Shown here: positions 52,949 through 62,010 of the stretch, in pieces
Layout of the letters: each line of letters starts with the position of its first letter
Numbering within the stretch: the first letter of the stretch is position 1
NCBI GenBank assembly: GCA_963707985.1
Contig: CAVPRW010000017.1
Coordinates: 256,001-320,000 of the forward strand
Direction of reading: 5' to 3'
Source: an uncultured Nitrospinota bacterium
Lineage (GTDB): Bacteria; Tectomicrobia; Entotheonellia; J063; CAVPRW01
Length of the DNA: 64,000 nucleotides
Position numbers and translations under genes: made by a program
The notes under the pieces: generated by a model
Told to the model about the DNA's origin: nothing
The model's database searches: none
The model's input: the letters and a program-made list of their open reading frames with translations, nothing else

Positions 52949-53698
52949 ATGACCATGCGAGCGATCCTGTTAGCGGCCGGGACCGGCCGACGACTGCAAC
53001 GGCCCTTTCCGAAATGTCTTGTCGACATTGGAGGCATGACCCTTCTGAGTCGTATGCTGCGGGCACTCGCGGCCGTGAAGGTGGTCGAAGCCTGGATCGT
53101 CGTCGGATACCGTCACGACTTGATCACTGCAGAGCTTGACCGCTGCCCATCGCCGCTGCCGGTGGTCTGCGTCAACAATGAAGCCTATCTGCGGGGTAGT
53201 GTGCGCTCGTTATGGGCCGCACGCCAGGTGCTGAACAGCGAGGTATTGGTCATGGATGCTGACGTGTTATTCCCCGTTCATCTCCTGCACCGCCTGGTGC
53301 AGTCCGCCCATCACAATTGCGTGCTTGCTGATCCGCGCTCTGCCTTCACGGGTGAAGAGATGATGCTGACGATTCAGGACGACCATATCTGGGACATTAC
53401 GAGAGGCGTCATGGATCCAGCGCACGTGTTAGGCGAAGGGGTAGGATTCTACAAATTCGATCTGCTCGCTGCACGGCATCTGCAGGAGCTGCTTGAACAA
53501 TGGATCACTAGCGGCCGCGATGGCGAGGAATATGAAGAAGCGTTGCGTGTCCTCTTCAAAGCTTGGAGTTTTGGCTACGAACTGGTCGGGGACCTACCCT
53601 GGACTGAGGTCGATTTCCCCGAGGATATCACCAAGGCGGAACAGAAGGTCTGGCCCCAGATTCAGGCGCTTGAGGCCGGACTATGGGAGCCACGATGA
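52949..53698 (+). CDS. LicC-like (phosphocholine/phosphonate) cytidylyltransferase
   Basis: AILLAAGTGRRL..PKCL, VMDADVLF, WTEVDFPED. Confidence 0.8.
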   Translation: MTMRAILLAAGTGRRLQRPFPKCLVDIGGMTLLSRMLRALAAVKVVEAWIVVGYRHDLITAELDRCPSPLPVVCVNNEAYLRGSVRSLWAARQVLNSEVLVMDADVLFPVHLLHRLVQSAHHNCVLADPRSAFTGEEMMLTIQDDHIWDITRGVMDPAHVLGEGVGFYKFDLLAARHLQELLEQWITSGRDGEEYEEALRVLFKAWSFGYELVGDLPWTEVDFPEDITKAEQKVWPQIQALEAGLWEPR

Positions 53699-54930
53699 GT
53701 AGCCGAGCCGTCGTGTGGTTTCCCGCCTCGGCCACGCCGGCCGACCTGTTGCGGCCCATCGCCGGGGTGCCCTCGTTGCTCCGCCTGCTCCTTTGTGCTC
53801 AACGGGCGGGCCTCGGTGAAATGCTGCTGCTCGGGATCAATCGCTATCCGCGCTATGTGCAGACTTCATTCGCGGGGGACTCACGGCTCACGGCACGCCT
53901 GCTCTGTCTGGACGATCAACCCTGGTCGGTACTGGTGCAGACTTGCCCCGATCTGGAGAAGGCGTGGTGGGAGGGAGACATATGGGTCTTGCCGGGCGGC
54001 GGCGTCATCGACGCAATGCTGTTGCGCAATGCCGTTCAGCAAGTGGGAACTCGCCCGCTTGCCGTCATCGATCCCGAACCCAGGATTTCCTCCACATCTG
54101 CAGTGCCTTTCTTCAGAGTTTCAGGCACCTGGTTGCAGCCGATAGTGCAAGCATCGGGAGATGTCGCGCTGTCAACGCTGCTTAGTGATGTGCTACCGCG
54201 TGGCGACAGCGATCGCGTATCAAACGGGGGGCTTGTTTGTGCGCCAGTCGTCAATGAAACGAATGGTGCGGCCGTCGAACGCGGGTTGTTCAAAGGCCTT
54301 ATGAATGTCTCAGATGGTTGGGTAGACCGCTATTTGAATCGAAAGCTCTCCCTGTGGTTCAGTCGACAATTTCTCCGCATGCCCCTAACACCTAATCAGG
54401 TCACCCTCGTCGCCTGTGCTATGGGCCTCCTAGCTGCTCTCGGGTTTGCGCACGGCAGTTGGGCCAGTGGTGTGCTGGGAGCGTTGCTACTGCAGTGGTC
54501 CGCCGTTATCGATTGCTGCGACGGTGAGGTCGCACGCCTCAAGTTCTTGGAGTCCACGAGCGGGTATTATCTCGACATCACCTGTGACAATATCGTGCAT
54601 GTGGCGGTGTTCGTCGGTATTGCCTGGTCGGGTTATCAGGAATTGGGTCAGACTCATGTTTTGCTATTGGGGGGCTTGGCCGCCTTTGGGACTTTGATGG
54701 GCTTTATCATGGTGCTGGGCACACGGCATGGCCGCGTACGGCAGGCTTCGGCAGTACTCGACCGGCTCATCGATGCCCTGGCCAATCGGGATTTCTCCCT
54801 CATTCTGGTCATCTGCGCCGTGACGGGGACGCTGCAGTGGTTTTTGTGGGCTCTGGCCATCGGTGTCAATCTGTTCTGGATCATGGTGCTGGGCTTGGCC
54901 CGACAGGCACAGCGGACCGCCCATGGGTAG
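53695..54930 (+). CDS. CDP-alcohol phosphotransferase with degenerate N-terminal soluble domain
   Basis: TPNQVT and the complete motif DCCDGEVAR-x8-GYYLDITCD; ATGA overlap with the upstream gene. Confidence 0.85.
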   Translation: MSSRAVVWFPASATPADLLRPIAGVPSLLRLLLCAQRAGLGEMLLLGINRYPRYVQTSFAGDSRLTARLLCLDDQPWSVLVQTCPDLEKAWWEGDIWVLPGGGVIDAMLLRNAVQQVGTRPLAVIDPEPRISSTSAVPFFRVSGTWLQPIVQASGDVALSTLLSDVLPRGDSDRVSNGGLVCAPVVNETNGAAVERGLFKGLMNVSDGWVDRYLNRKLSLWFSRQFLRMPLTPNQVTLVACAMGLLAALGFAHGSWASGVLGALLLQWSAVIDCCDGEVARLKFLESTSGYYLDITCDNIVHVAVFVGIAWSGYQELGQTHVLLLGGLAAFGTLMGFIMVLGTRHGRVRQASAVLDRLIDALANRDFSLILVICAVTGTLQWFLWALAIGVNLFWIMVLGLARQAQRTAHG

Positions 54931-55903
54931 GCTGGCGCGTGCGCTCTTTCTGCTTCTCGGTCTCGGCCTCCTTGTCGTCCTCGCCACCCAGGTAGAACTG
55001 GCGAAGGTCAAGACCTATCTCGCGGACATGGGGTGGGCATTCCCGCTGATTTTCCTCCCGTATATCGTGGTCTACTGCTGTGATACGCTGGGCTGGCGGC
55101 TAGCGTTTGGCCCATCCGTCTCGATCCCGTTTTTCACGCTGTATCTGACGCGTGTTGGCGGCGAAGCGGTAAACAACTTGACGCCTTTTGCCTACCTGGG
55201 AGGTGAACCGGTCAAGGCGCATCTGCTGACGCGCTTTCAGATTCCTCTCATCCAAGGTATGGCCGCCTCCATCATCGCCAAGATGCTCATCAGCATCTCG
55301 CAGTTCATCTTTGTGATTCTTGGGGGTGTGTTGGCATTGTCGTATCTGGTGATACGTCCGGACCTCCTCTGGCCGCTGATCCTGCTGGTCATCGTCGTTG
55401 GGGTGCTATTAGCGGGCTTATCATATGGCCTCCGGGTCGGCCTCTTCACGACACTCATCAGGGCCCTGGACCATTGGAACGTTACCCCGTCTCGCCTGGA
55501 GCGGTGGCGCGCACAACTTCAGCAACTTGACGAGACGATCGTAGGCTTCGCACGTCGATACCCCTCGTATCTCTGCCTGTCATTAGGATTACATTTTCTG
55601 GGGTGGGCATTGGGGACGCTGGAAGTTCTGGCGATTTTTTATGCGGTCGGCATCCCCATCAGCGTGCGCGAAGCGCTAGCCATCGAGGCCCTGGCCAGCG
55701 TTGTCAAGGCGGCGGCCTTCTTTATTCCTGGCAGCCTGGGAGTACAAGACGGGGGAAATGTCCTGCTGTTGACGCTGTTTGGCTATCCCAGCAGTTTTGG
55801 ACTGACCTTTTCCTTAGTGCGTCGTCTGCGGGAACTGTTATGGATCAGTCTAGGCCTGCTGATATTGCTCCGGTATTATGGCTGGCGGTCTAGACCCGCG
55901 TGA
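54923..55903 (+). CDS. LPG_synthase_TM/UPF0104 flippase-like membrane protein
   Basis: GEAVNNLTP..LGGEPVK, IPGSLGVQDG, RRLREL; start overlaps the upstream stop. Confidence 0.75.
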   Translation: MGRLARALFLLLGLGLLVVLATQVELAKVKTYLADMGWAFPLIFLPYIVVYCCDTLGWRLAFGPSVSIPFFTLYLTRVGGEAVNNLTPFAYLGGEPVKAHLLTRFQIPLIQGMAASIIAKMLISISQFIFVILGGVLALSYLVIRPDLLWPLILLVIVVGVLLAGLSYGLRVGLFTTLIRALDHWNVTPSRLERWRAQLQQLDETIVGFARRYPSYLCLSLGLHFLGWALGTLEVLAIFYAVGIPISVREALAIEALASVVKAAAFFIPGSLGVQDGGNVLLLTLFGYPSSFGLTFSLVRRLRELLWISLGLLILLRYYGWRSRPA

Positions 55904-56456
55904 AGACCTGTGAGAAGCGGTGCTTGATCTCTTCTGGTGTGAGCGACACGCGTCCCAGGCCCTCGGGGGCGCGACCACTGACTTTCACCAGGAGAAATGT
56001 CAGGACCTTCGTGTCGATCGCCTCCTGAAGTGCCTGCTGCAGCGCGACAGGATCGCGCACCCGCCGTACCTGTGCGTAACCTGCAGCCTCTGCCAGTGCA
56101 GCGAGATCGACCTCCGAGCTAATGGTGGGCTGTCCTCCCGTCGACTCATATACCTCGTTATCGAGGACGACGTGAATGAGATTCGGCACTTGCACGCTTG
56201 CGATCAGCGGTAACGTCCCCAGGCTCATGAGAGCACTGCCATCCCCCTCGATGACCCAAATTCTCCAGGCTGGTGACTGCAAGGCCAGACCGAGTCCAAG
56301 CGCATTCAGCAACCCCATGGAGCCAATCATGTAAAAATTCTCCGCACGATCACAGATATTGAAGGCTTCGCGGGAGATCATCCCGGTTGTGAACAGGGCC
56401 AGGTCTCTGTCAGAGAGCGGCGCCAGCAGGTATTCGAGGGCCTCATGCCGCGTCAT
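55890..56456 (-). CDS. Phosphonopyruvate (or sulfopyruvate) decarboxylase, beta/ThDP-binding subunit
   Basis: TTGMISRE, NFYMIGSMG, EGDGSALM...LDNEVYESTGGQ. Confidence 0.85.
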   Translation of the reverse strand: MTRHEALEYLLAPLSDRDLALFTTGMISREAFNICDRAENFYMIGSMGLLNALGLGLALQSPAWRIWVIEGDGSALMSLGTLPLIASVQVPNLIHVVLDNEVYESTGGQPTISSEVDLAALAEAAGYAQVRRVRDPVALQQALQEAIDTKVLTFLLVKVSGRAPEGLGRVSLTPEEIKHRFSQVFTRV

Positions 56457-56944
56457 ACGACGATCGCCGGTCGGAGCATAAGGGCTACGGGAATCAGTTG
56501 TTGTCCCATCACGGAGATGGCCCACTGCACATTCGCTTCCAAGGTGTCCGCCTCCAGGACGACATAGGGAATGCCCAGGGTGTGCAATAGATCGGGAGTT
56601 TTCTCTCCCATGATCAAATGCTCTGGAGCGTCTTTGCCCCCGTAACCACGCCAACTTACCAGCATAAGGACAGGGATACGATAAATCAAATTGAAGGATG
56701 TGAGGGGGTTGACCACGTTGCCAAGGCCTGAGTTCTGCATCAGAATGCCGCCACGACGCCCCGTCAAGTGTGCCGCACTAGCGATCCCCAGCGCAACGTC
56801 TTCACGCACGGCAGGGATATAGGTTACCGCTGGGTCTGCCAAGCCAACGTTAATGACACCTTCTAACAGAGAGCATGGCACGCCAGCGAAGAACGTCACC
56901 TGCTCACGTTTCAGAATGTCCCAAAATTCATGTGCCGTGCGCAT
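56453..56944 (-). CDS. Phosphonopyruvate (or sulfopyruvate) decarboxylase, alpha subunit
   Basis: FFAGVPCSLL, MQNSGLGNVVNPLTS, SWRG..GKDAPEH..MG; ATGA-coupled to the beta subunit. Confidence 0.85.
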   Translation of the reverse strand: MRTAHEFWDILKREQVTFFAGVPCSLLEGVINVGLADPAVTYIPAVREDVALGIASAAHLTGRRGGILMQNSGLGNVVNPLTSFNLIYRIPVLMLVSWRGYGGKDAPEHLIMGEKTPDLLHTLGIPYVVLEADTLEANVQWAISVMGQQLIPVALMLRPAIVV

Positions 56945-57023
56945 CAGCGGATTCCTAGGACGAAGGACCAAGGACTGCGTCGTGGAAATTTCCTGCTCAG
57001 TCCTCGGTCCGCATGCCTCAGCC

Positions 57024-58700
57024 CTATTTTTTTATATACGCCCAGGCCCGTTGGTAGTCCTCGAAGGTGTCGACTTCCATCCAACCTTTATAGATGTTGA
57101 CCGCGTAGACCTCCTGGCGCTGCTCGATAAGCTCTTGGAGGAGATCGGTGAGAGAAGCTTGTTCCAGAGACGGCGCCTCGTGGAACGGCCCACCACGGTG
57201 GTTTTCCGCGATCCGGTGGTAAGTCTGACGCACCAGCTCTGTCCCGGTGGCTGAGAACATGGCCATGCCGATGAACTCGCCATGCGCATCTTCCGGGGCT
57301 TGTTGCTGGCCGATCCGGGCTACGGTGGTGTCGGCGGTGCTGGGGAGGAAGCGATAGCCCTGCTCAGGGGGATCACGCAGCAGCACGAGATCAGGCTTTG
57401 GGGCGGCTTCGCCAGGTCGCATATCCCCACGTTGATCGTACCAGGCACGATCGACCACTAACGAGATATCTTTGTCGCTTTGCAGAAGTTTTTCGAGCAC
57501 GCTGCGGTCGAACAGGATATCGCCGTACACGATCAGGCAACGGCCTCGCAGCTCGGCTTCGGCACAAAACAATGAGGCCAGGTCAAAGTTTTTTTCATAC
57601 GCCTCATTATCGTAATAGCGGATATTCGGCAGTGTGAACTTATCTTTCTGATAGCCGCGAACTACCACGATATCCTTGATATTACAAGCATTCAAGGTTT
57701 CGACCTGGCGCTCAAGGATACTCTTGCCCTTGATGTCCAGAAGCGCTTTGGGACGATCTTCAGTGAGCGGCAGCAGGCCAGGCTCGAACCCGGCGGCAAG
57801 GATGATGGCCCGCACCGCCTCAGCGCCGACAGGCAGGAACTCTTGCTCCGCTGCCTGCAATTCCGTCACCCCTACCAGATCGTAGACCTCATCGAGCGAA
57901 GCAATGTGTGGATCCAACAAGCTTGCTATGCCATCATGTCGTAGCCTCGCCAGTGTTTCCTTCATGGCGGGAATGGCGGCACGTATGGGGTGATTGGCGA
58001 AGATAACCATCTTAAATCCGGCCGCTTCCAGCGTCTGCAGCGGCGTCGAGGCGTACGTGGTCGGCACCACTACCAACGGTGTGTCACGCGACCAGCGGCG
58101 CGCAAACTCCGTGACTTCGACGGCGGTTTGAGCTTTCGAATGGATCAGAATGGCATCGGCGCCGGCATCGGCATAGGCGGTGGCACGCTGTAAGGCTTCC
58201 TCCATGCCCCAACCGGCGATGAGCGTCTCAGTACGGGCGATGACCATGAAATCAGCGGAGCGCTGGGCGCGCTTGGCGGCGCGAATTTTACCACAGTGCT
58301 CTTCGATGGACACCAGCTCACGTTGGACGCCGGAGTAGAAGCTGCAGCGTTTGGGGAAGATGTTGTCCTCGATCGAGATGGCTGCGACGCCTGCCGCCTC
58401 ATATTCAATAATCGTCCGCATGACGTTGATGGCATTACCATAGCCGTTGTCGATATCGGCGATGACGGGAAGATCGGTGGCGCGGATCATCCGCCGGATG
58501 ATCTCGAGGTTTTCCGTCATGCTGAGGACATTCGCGTCGGGCAACGCAAACTGCGCGGCAGAGATGGCGAAACCACTCGCCCAGACCGCATCAAATCCTG
58601 CCCGTTCAATCAACCGGGCACTCAAGGCATCGTGTGCCCCGACGGCGACAATGGCTCCGGTGCGACGCAATAGCTCACGCAGCTGGCGTGCTTTGTCCAT
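57024..58700 (-). CDS. PEP mutase-like ICL-family enzyme fused to C-terminal nucleotidyltransferase
   Basis: AHDALSA, WASG, IART..LIAGWG..EAL.RA.AY..AGADAILIHSK, VVVPT; loop EDNIFPKRCS (non-canonical); C-domain AIILAAG..PK, YGDILFD, GWMEVDT. Confidence 0.75.
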   Translation of the reverse strand: MDKARQLRELLRRTGAIVAVGAHDALSARLIERAGFDAVWASGFAISAAQFALPDANVLSMTENLEIIRRMIRATDLPVIADIDNGYGNAINVMRTIIEYEAAGVAAISIEDNIFPKRCSFYSGVQRELVSIEEHCGKIRAAKRAQRSADFMVIARTETLIAGWGMEEALQRATAYADAGADAILIHSKAQTAVEVTEFARRWSRDTPLVVVPTTYASTPLQTLEAAGFKMVIFANHPIRAAIPAMKETLARLRHDGIASLLDPHIASLDEVYDLVGVTELQAAEQEFLPVGAEAVRAIILAAGFEPGLLPLTEDRPKALLDIKGKSILERQVETLNACNIKDIVVVRGYQKDKFTLPNIRYYDNEAYEKNFDLASLFCAEAELRGRCLIVYGDILFDRSVLEKLLQSDKDISLVVDRAWYDQRGDMRPGEAAPKPDLVLLRDPPEQGYRFLPSTADTTVARIGQQQAPEDAHGEFIGMAMFSATGTELVRQTYHRIAENHRGGPFHEAPSLEQASLTDLLQELIEQRQEVYAVNIYKGWMEVDTFEDYQRAWAYIKK

Positions 58701-58854
58701 AGTTTCAGTGTCCCCTGTCTCAAGGTATCGAGAAATGTTGGAGTCTCGCTACAACCTCGACATGCACCGCAGATAGATACGGAATCATCGCGGAAGATCG
58801 ACATTCATCCCCTGTGGCAGCCTCCGCGACTGCAGGCTGTCCTCAGCGCGTTTT

Positions 58855-59898
58855 TCACGGATGAATCGCCATCTTCAAAGCCCCATGCGACTCCATGCGC
58901 TGGAATGCCATTCCCAGGTCGCCCAGGGGCAACACATCCGTGATCAATGGATCGAGCTGCAGCTGCCGCGAGGCAATAAGCCCCAGAGCGCGGCGGATGG
59001 CATTGGGGGTGTGATGAAACACACCGATCAGCTTGCGTTCTCCATAGTGCAGAGCCTTGGTTTCAAAAGTCACCGAGGTTGCAGGCTCACAGCCACCGAA
59101 GAGGATGGCTTGGCCGCCCTTGCGCGTCAGGGCCACCGCCAGCTCCCACAACTCCGGGCGTCCAACGGCCTCGATCGCCAGCTCGACGCCTTGACCGTGG
59201 GTCGTCAATTGGCGGATCAGCCCCTCATGCGCGCGCGCCGAATCAAGGTCGATGACGGCATCAGCGCCCAGCTTGCTCGCCAGTTCGAGCTTGCTGGCAC
59301 TGCGGCTGATCAGGATGACGCGGGCCCCGGCCTGCTTGCACACCTGCACGAGGAGCAAACCGATGGAACCGGCTCCGAGGATGGCGACATGATCGCCCGC
59401 GCGCAAGCGCACCGCATCGAGACCATGCAGGACGCAGGCGAGCGGCTCACAGAAAGCCGCCTCTGTATACGTCAGACGGTCAGGCAGCACCACGAGATTT
59501 TGTCGAACGATGGCCGCTGGGATCTTGATGTACTCCGCATAGGCACCGTTTAGCAAGTCGAGGTGTTCACAGAGGTTGGTCTCGCCAGCATGGCAATAAA
59601 AGCACTGATGACATGGCGCCGAGTTAGCAGCGACGACGCGCATCCCAGGTCTGAACCCTTCCACTCCAGCCCCTACCTCGGTCACCACACCAGCAAACTC
59701 GTGGCCGAACGGGGAAGGAAAGTGCTTCAACAGCACTGGATGTCCACGCTGAAAGGTCTTCAGATCGGTCCCACAGGTCAAGGCCACCTCAACTTTCACG
59801 ATGACCTCGCCCGCAGCTGCCCGTGGCACATCCACGTACTCCAGTCGCACATCCCTGGGACCATAGAACAGTGCCGCTTGCATCTTCATAGCTAACAT
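58855..59898 (-). CDS. Zn-dependent (MDR) alcohol/polyol dehydrogenase
   Basis: CGTD, GHE, CxxCxxC..C, GAGSIG. Confidence 0.85.
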   Translation of the reverse strand: MLAMKMQAALFYGPRDVRLEYVDVPRAAAGEVIVKVEVALTCGTDLKTFQRGHPVLLKHFPSPFGHEFAGVVTEVGAGVEGFRPGMRVVAANSAPCHQCFYCHAGETNLCEHLDLLNGAYAEYIKIPAAIVRQNLVVLPDRLTYTEAAFCEPLACVLHGLDAVRLRAGDHVAILGAGSIGLLLVQVCKQAGARVILISRSASKLELASKLGADAVIDLDSARAHEGLIRQLTTHGQGVELAIEAVGRPELWELAVALTRKGGQAILFGGCEPATSVTFETKALHYGERKLIGVFHHTPNAIRRALGLIASRQLQLDPLITDVLPLGDLGMAFQRMESHGALKMAIHP

Positions 59899-59907
59899 CC
59901 TATCAGC

Positions 59908-60936
59908 TCAGGCGTACGGGTTGATGATCGCTTTCACCGCCCGGCGCGTCCGCGCCAGCTCCACCGCCTGGGGGAGTTCATCGAGTGGCAGCCGATGGGT
60001 AATGAGCCGGTCCACATTGACGGCGTGCGACGCGATCAAATGTAACGCATGGACAAGCTCTAGGGGGGACGGGGAATAACTCCCTTCGATGGTGATTTCC
60101 CGATAGTAGAGCACATTGGGGTCAATCTGAGCGGGCCGCTGCAGGGCCATATTGCCAAACAGGGTAATTATGCCTCCATCCCGCACCCACTGGCAAGCCT
60201 CCTGAACGGTTCCCCCATGTCCAGCCGTAAGCACCACCACATCACAGCCGCGCCCTTGTGTCAGGTTATGCACACGGCTGGTCACCTGCTCGCCGTCCGC
60301 CGCTGGGCAAACGGCGTCAACCCCGAGGCGTGTGGCGAACGCCAGCCGCTGCTCGTCCAGATCCAAGCCGAGTACAAGGCCACGATTGGCCTGCACGAGC
60401 TGGGCCATCAGCAGCCCCATAGGTCCCAATCCTACGATGAGAACAACGTCGGCAGGCTGCAGGTTCCAACGTCGCAGGCTGCGCAGACAACAGGCCAGCG
60501 GTTCTGTGAAACTCGCCGCCTCGAACGACACATGGTCGGGTAAGCGCAGGGTCGTCAATTTCACGTGCTCCGCGGGGACCAAGACTTCTTCCGCAAAGCC
60601 ACCCGGAGTCAGATGAGATTGTTTAAAGCTTCGACACATCGAATAATTGCCGTGGCGGCAATAATGGCAACCGTAGCAAGGGACATGGTGGGCCACAACG
60701 ACCCGATCACCCCCCTGGAAGGGGCTGACGGCAGCTCCAACTCGTACTACCTCGCCGGCAATTTCATGTCCTAAGACGGTCGGCACGGACAGCTTCTGCT
60801 GGAACAGCTTGGCCAGGTCTGAGCCACATAAGCCGCAGGCATGTACCCGCACGACCAACTCGCCGGCGGCCGGCATTGGTAGCACGAGCTCTTCGATGCG
60901 AATCATCTCTTGGCTATAGACGACGGCGGCTCGCAC
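59908..60936 (-). CDS. Zn-dependent (MDR) alcohol/polyol dehydrogenase
   Basis: CGSD, GHE, CYGCHYC..C, GLGPMG; GTG start after GAGGG. Confidence 0.85.
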   Translation of the reverse strand: MRAAVVYSQEMIRIEELVLPMPAAGELVVRVHACGLCGSDLAKLFQQKLSVPTVLGHEIAGEVVRVGAAVSPFQGGDRVVVAHHVPCYGCHYCRHGNYSMCRSFKQSHLTPGGFAEEVLVPAEHVKLTTLRLPDHVSFEAASFTEPLACCLRSLRRWNLQPADVVLIVGLGPMGLLMAQLVQANRGLVLGLDLDEQRLAFATRLGVDAVCPAADGEQVTSRVHNLTQGRGCDVVVLTAGHGGTVQEACQWVRDGGIITLFGNMALQRPAQIDPNVLYYREITIEGSYSPSPLELVHALHLIASHAVNVDRLITHRLPLDELPQAVELARTRRAVKAIINPYA

Positions 60937-61141
60937 TACAATTCCCTCGTGCAACTGCATTGAAGGGAACACAGACCGCGGGTCCCAGCGTGACCGTCGC
61001 TGCGCCGGTTGTGTTCGTCGTGGCCGGTACGGTCCGTTGTATTCTACTCATAGAGCGGCCAAACGCAAGTGGAAAACCCCTTGGAAGGTCCGGGTTGGTG
61101 GGGGTAATGCTGTGCCCAGGTCCTGCCCAGAGCATACTGGC

Positions 61142-61996
61142 TCAGCGCCGGACGGCAGTCCCGAGGCGGCGCATCCAGATCGACAGGGCGATCCACAGCT
61201 TGTGAGTGGTTGGCAGTGTAAAGGTGCCATCGAACACCCGATAGTGCGACGCCTCGATCCTGTCCAGGAGGCGAGAATAAATCGTTCCCATGATCTCTGC
61301 TGCGACCAGCGAGCGCCGATCTTCTTCTGCCAGCAGCAGCCGTGCATTATCAAAGTATTGCCGCGCACGACTCCCGGCAAAGCGCATGAGCTCGTTGAAA
61401 GCAGGGGTATAGGCGCCGCGTAACAGCTCCTCCTCACGATAGCCAAAACGTGCCAGTTCATCTTGGGGGAGGTATATGCGGCCACGCTCAGCGTCCCCTT
61501 TCAGGTCGCGGATGATGTTGGTGAGCTGCAAGGCCACGCCGAGGTTGACAGCGTAATCCTTGGCCTTCGGGTTGCGATAACCGAAAATCTCGATACACAT
61601 CAAGCCCACTACGCCTGCGACTCGATAGCAATACTCGTACAACTCACGAAAGGTCGGATAGCGTGCGTGCGTGAGGTCCATCTCGACGCCGGCGATGAGC
61701 TCTTCGAAGTGCTCTTTCGGAATGGGAAACTGTTGGAGGCTCAGGGCCAGGTTCACCGTGATAGGGTGCTGCGCGGTCCCCCCATAACAGCGATCAATCT
61801 CCCGTCGCCACTCCTCCAGGAGTTTCGGCTTGTCGTGCTCCGCGGCATCCCCATCGGCGACGTCATCTACTGAACGACAAAAGGCGTAGACGGCATACAG
61901 CGCTTGCCGCTTTTCCTTGGTGAGAGAAAGGAAGGCATAGTAAAAATTGGACTGGCTCTTGCGCGTCACCTGTGCACAGTAATCTGCCAAGCTCAC
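61142..61996 (-). CDS. hpnD: Presqualene diphosphate synthase (squalene/phytoene synthase family)
   Basis: SNFYYAF, YAFCRSVDDVAD, YCYRVAGVVG, QLTNIIRD, GRIYLP. Confidence 0.85.
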   Translation of the reverse strand: MSLADYCAQVTRKSQSNFYYAFLSLTKEKRQALYAVYAFCRSVDDVADGDAAEHDKPKLLEEWRREIDRCYGGTAQHPITVNLALSLQQFPIPKEHFEELIAGVEMDLTHARYPTFRELYEYCYRVAGVVGLMCIEIFGYRNPKAKDYAVNLGVALQLTNIIRDLKGDAERGRIYLPQDELARFGYREEELLRGAYTPAFNELMRFAGSRARQYFDNARLLLAEEDRRSLVAAEIMGTIYSRLLDRIEASHYRVFDGTFTLPTTHKLWIALSIWMRRLGTAVRR

Positions 61997-62010
61997 GGCA
62001 TCACTCGTCG

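Noticed and set aside
56453..56456. Split decarboxylase as another frameshift artefact
   Set aside because: The clean ATGA stop/start overlap at the domain boundary matches genuine two-subunit enzymes.
61142..61996. Phytoene synthase with CruF as a carotenoid pathway
   Set aside because: No CrtI-type desaturase in the window; the SNFYYAF start and shc context fit HpnD better.
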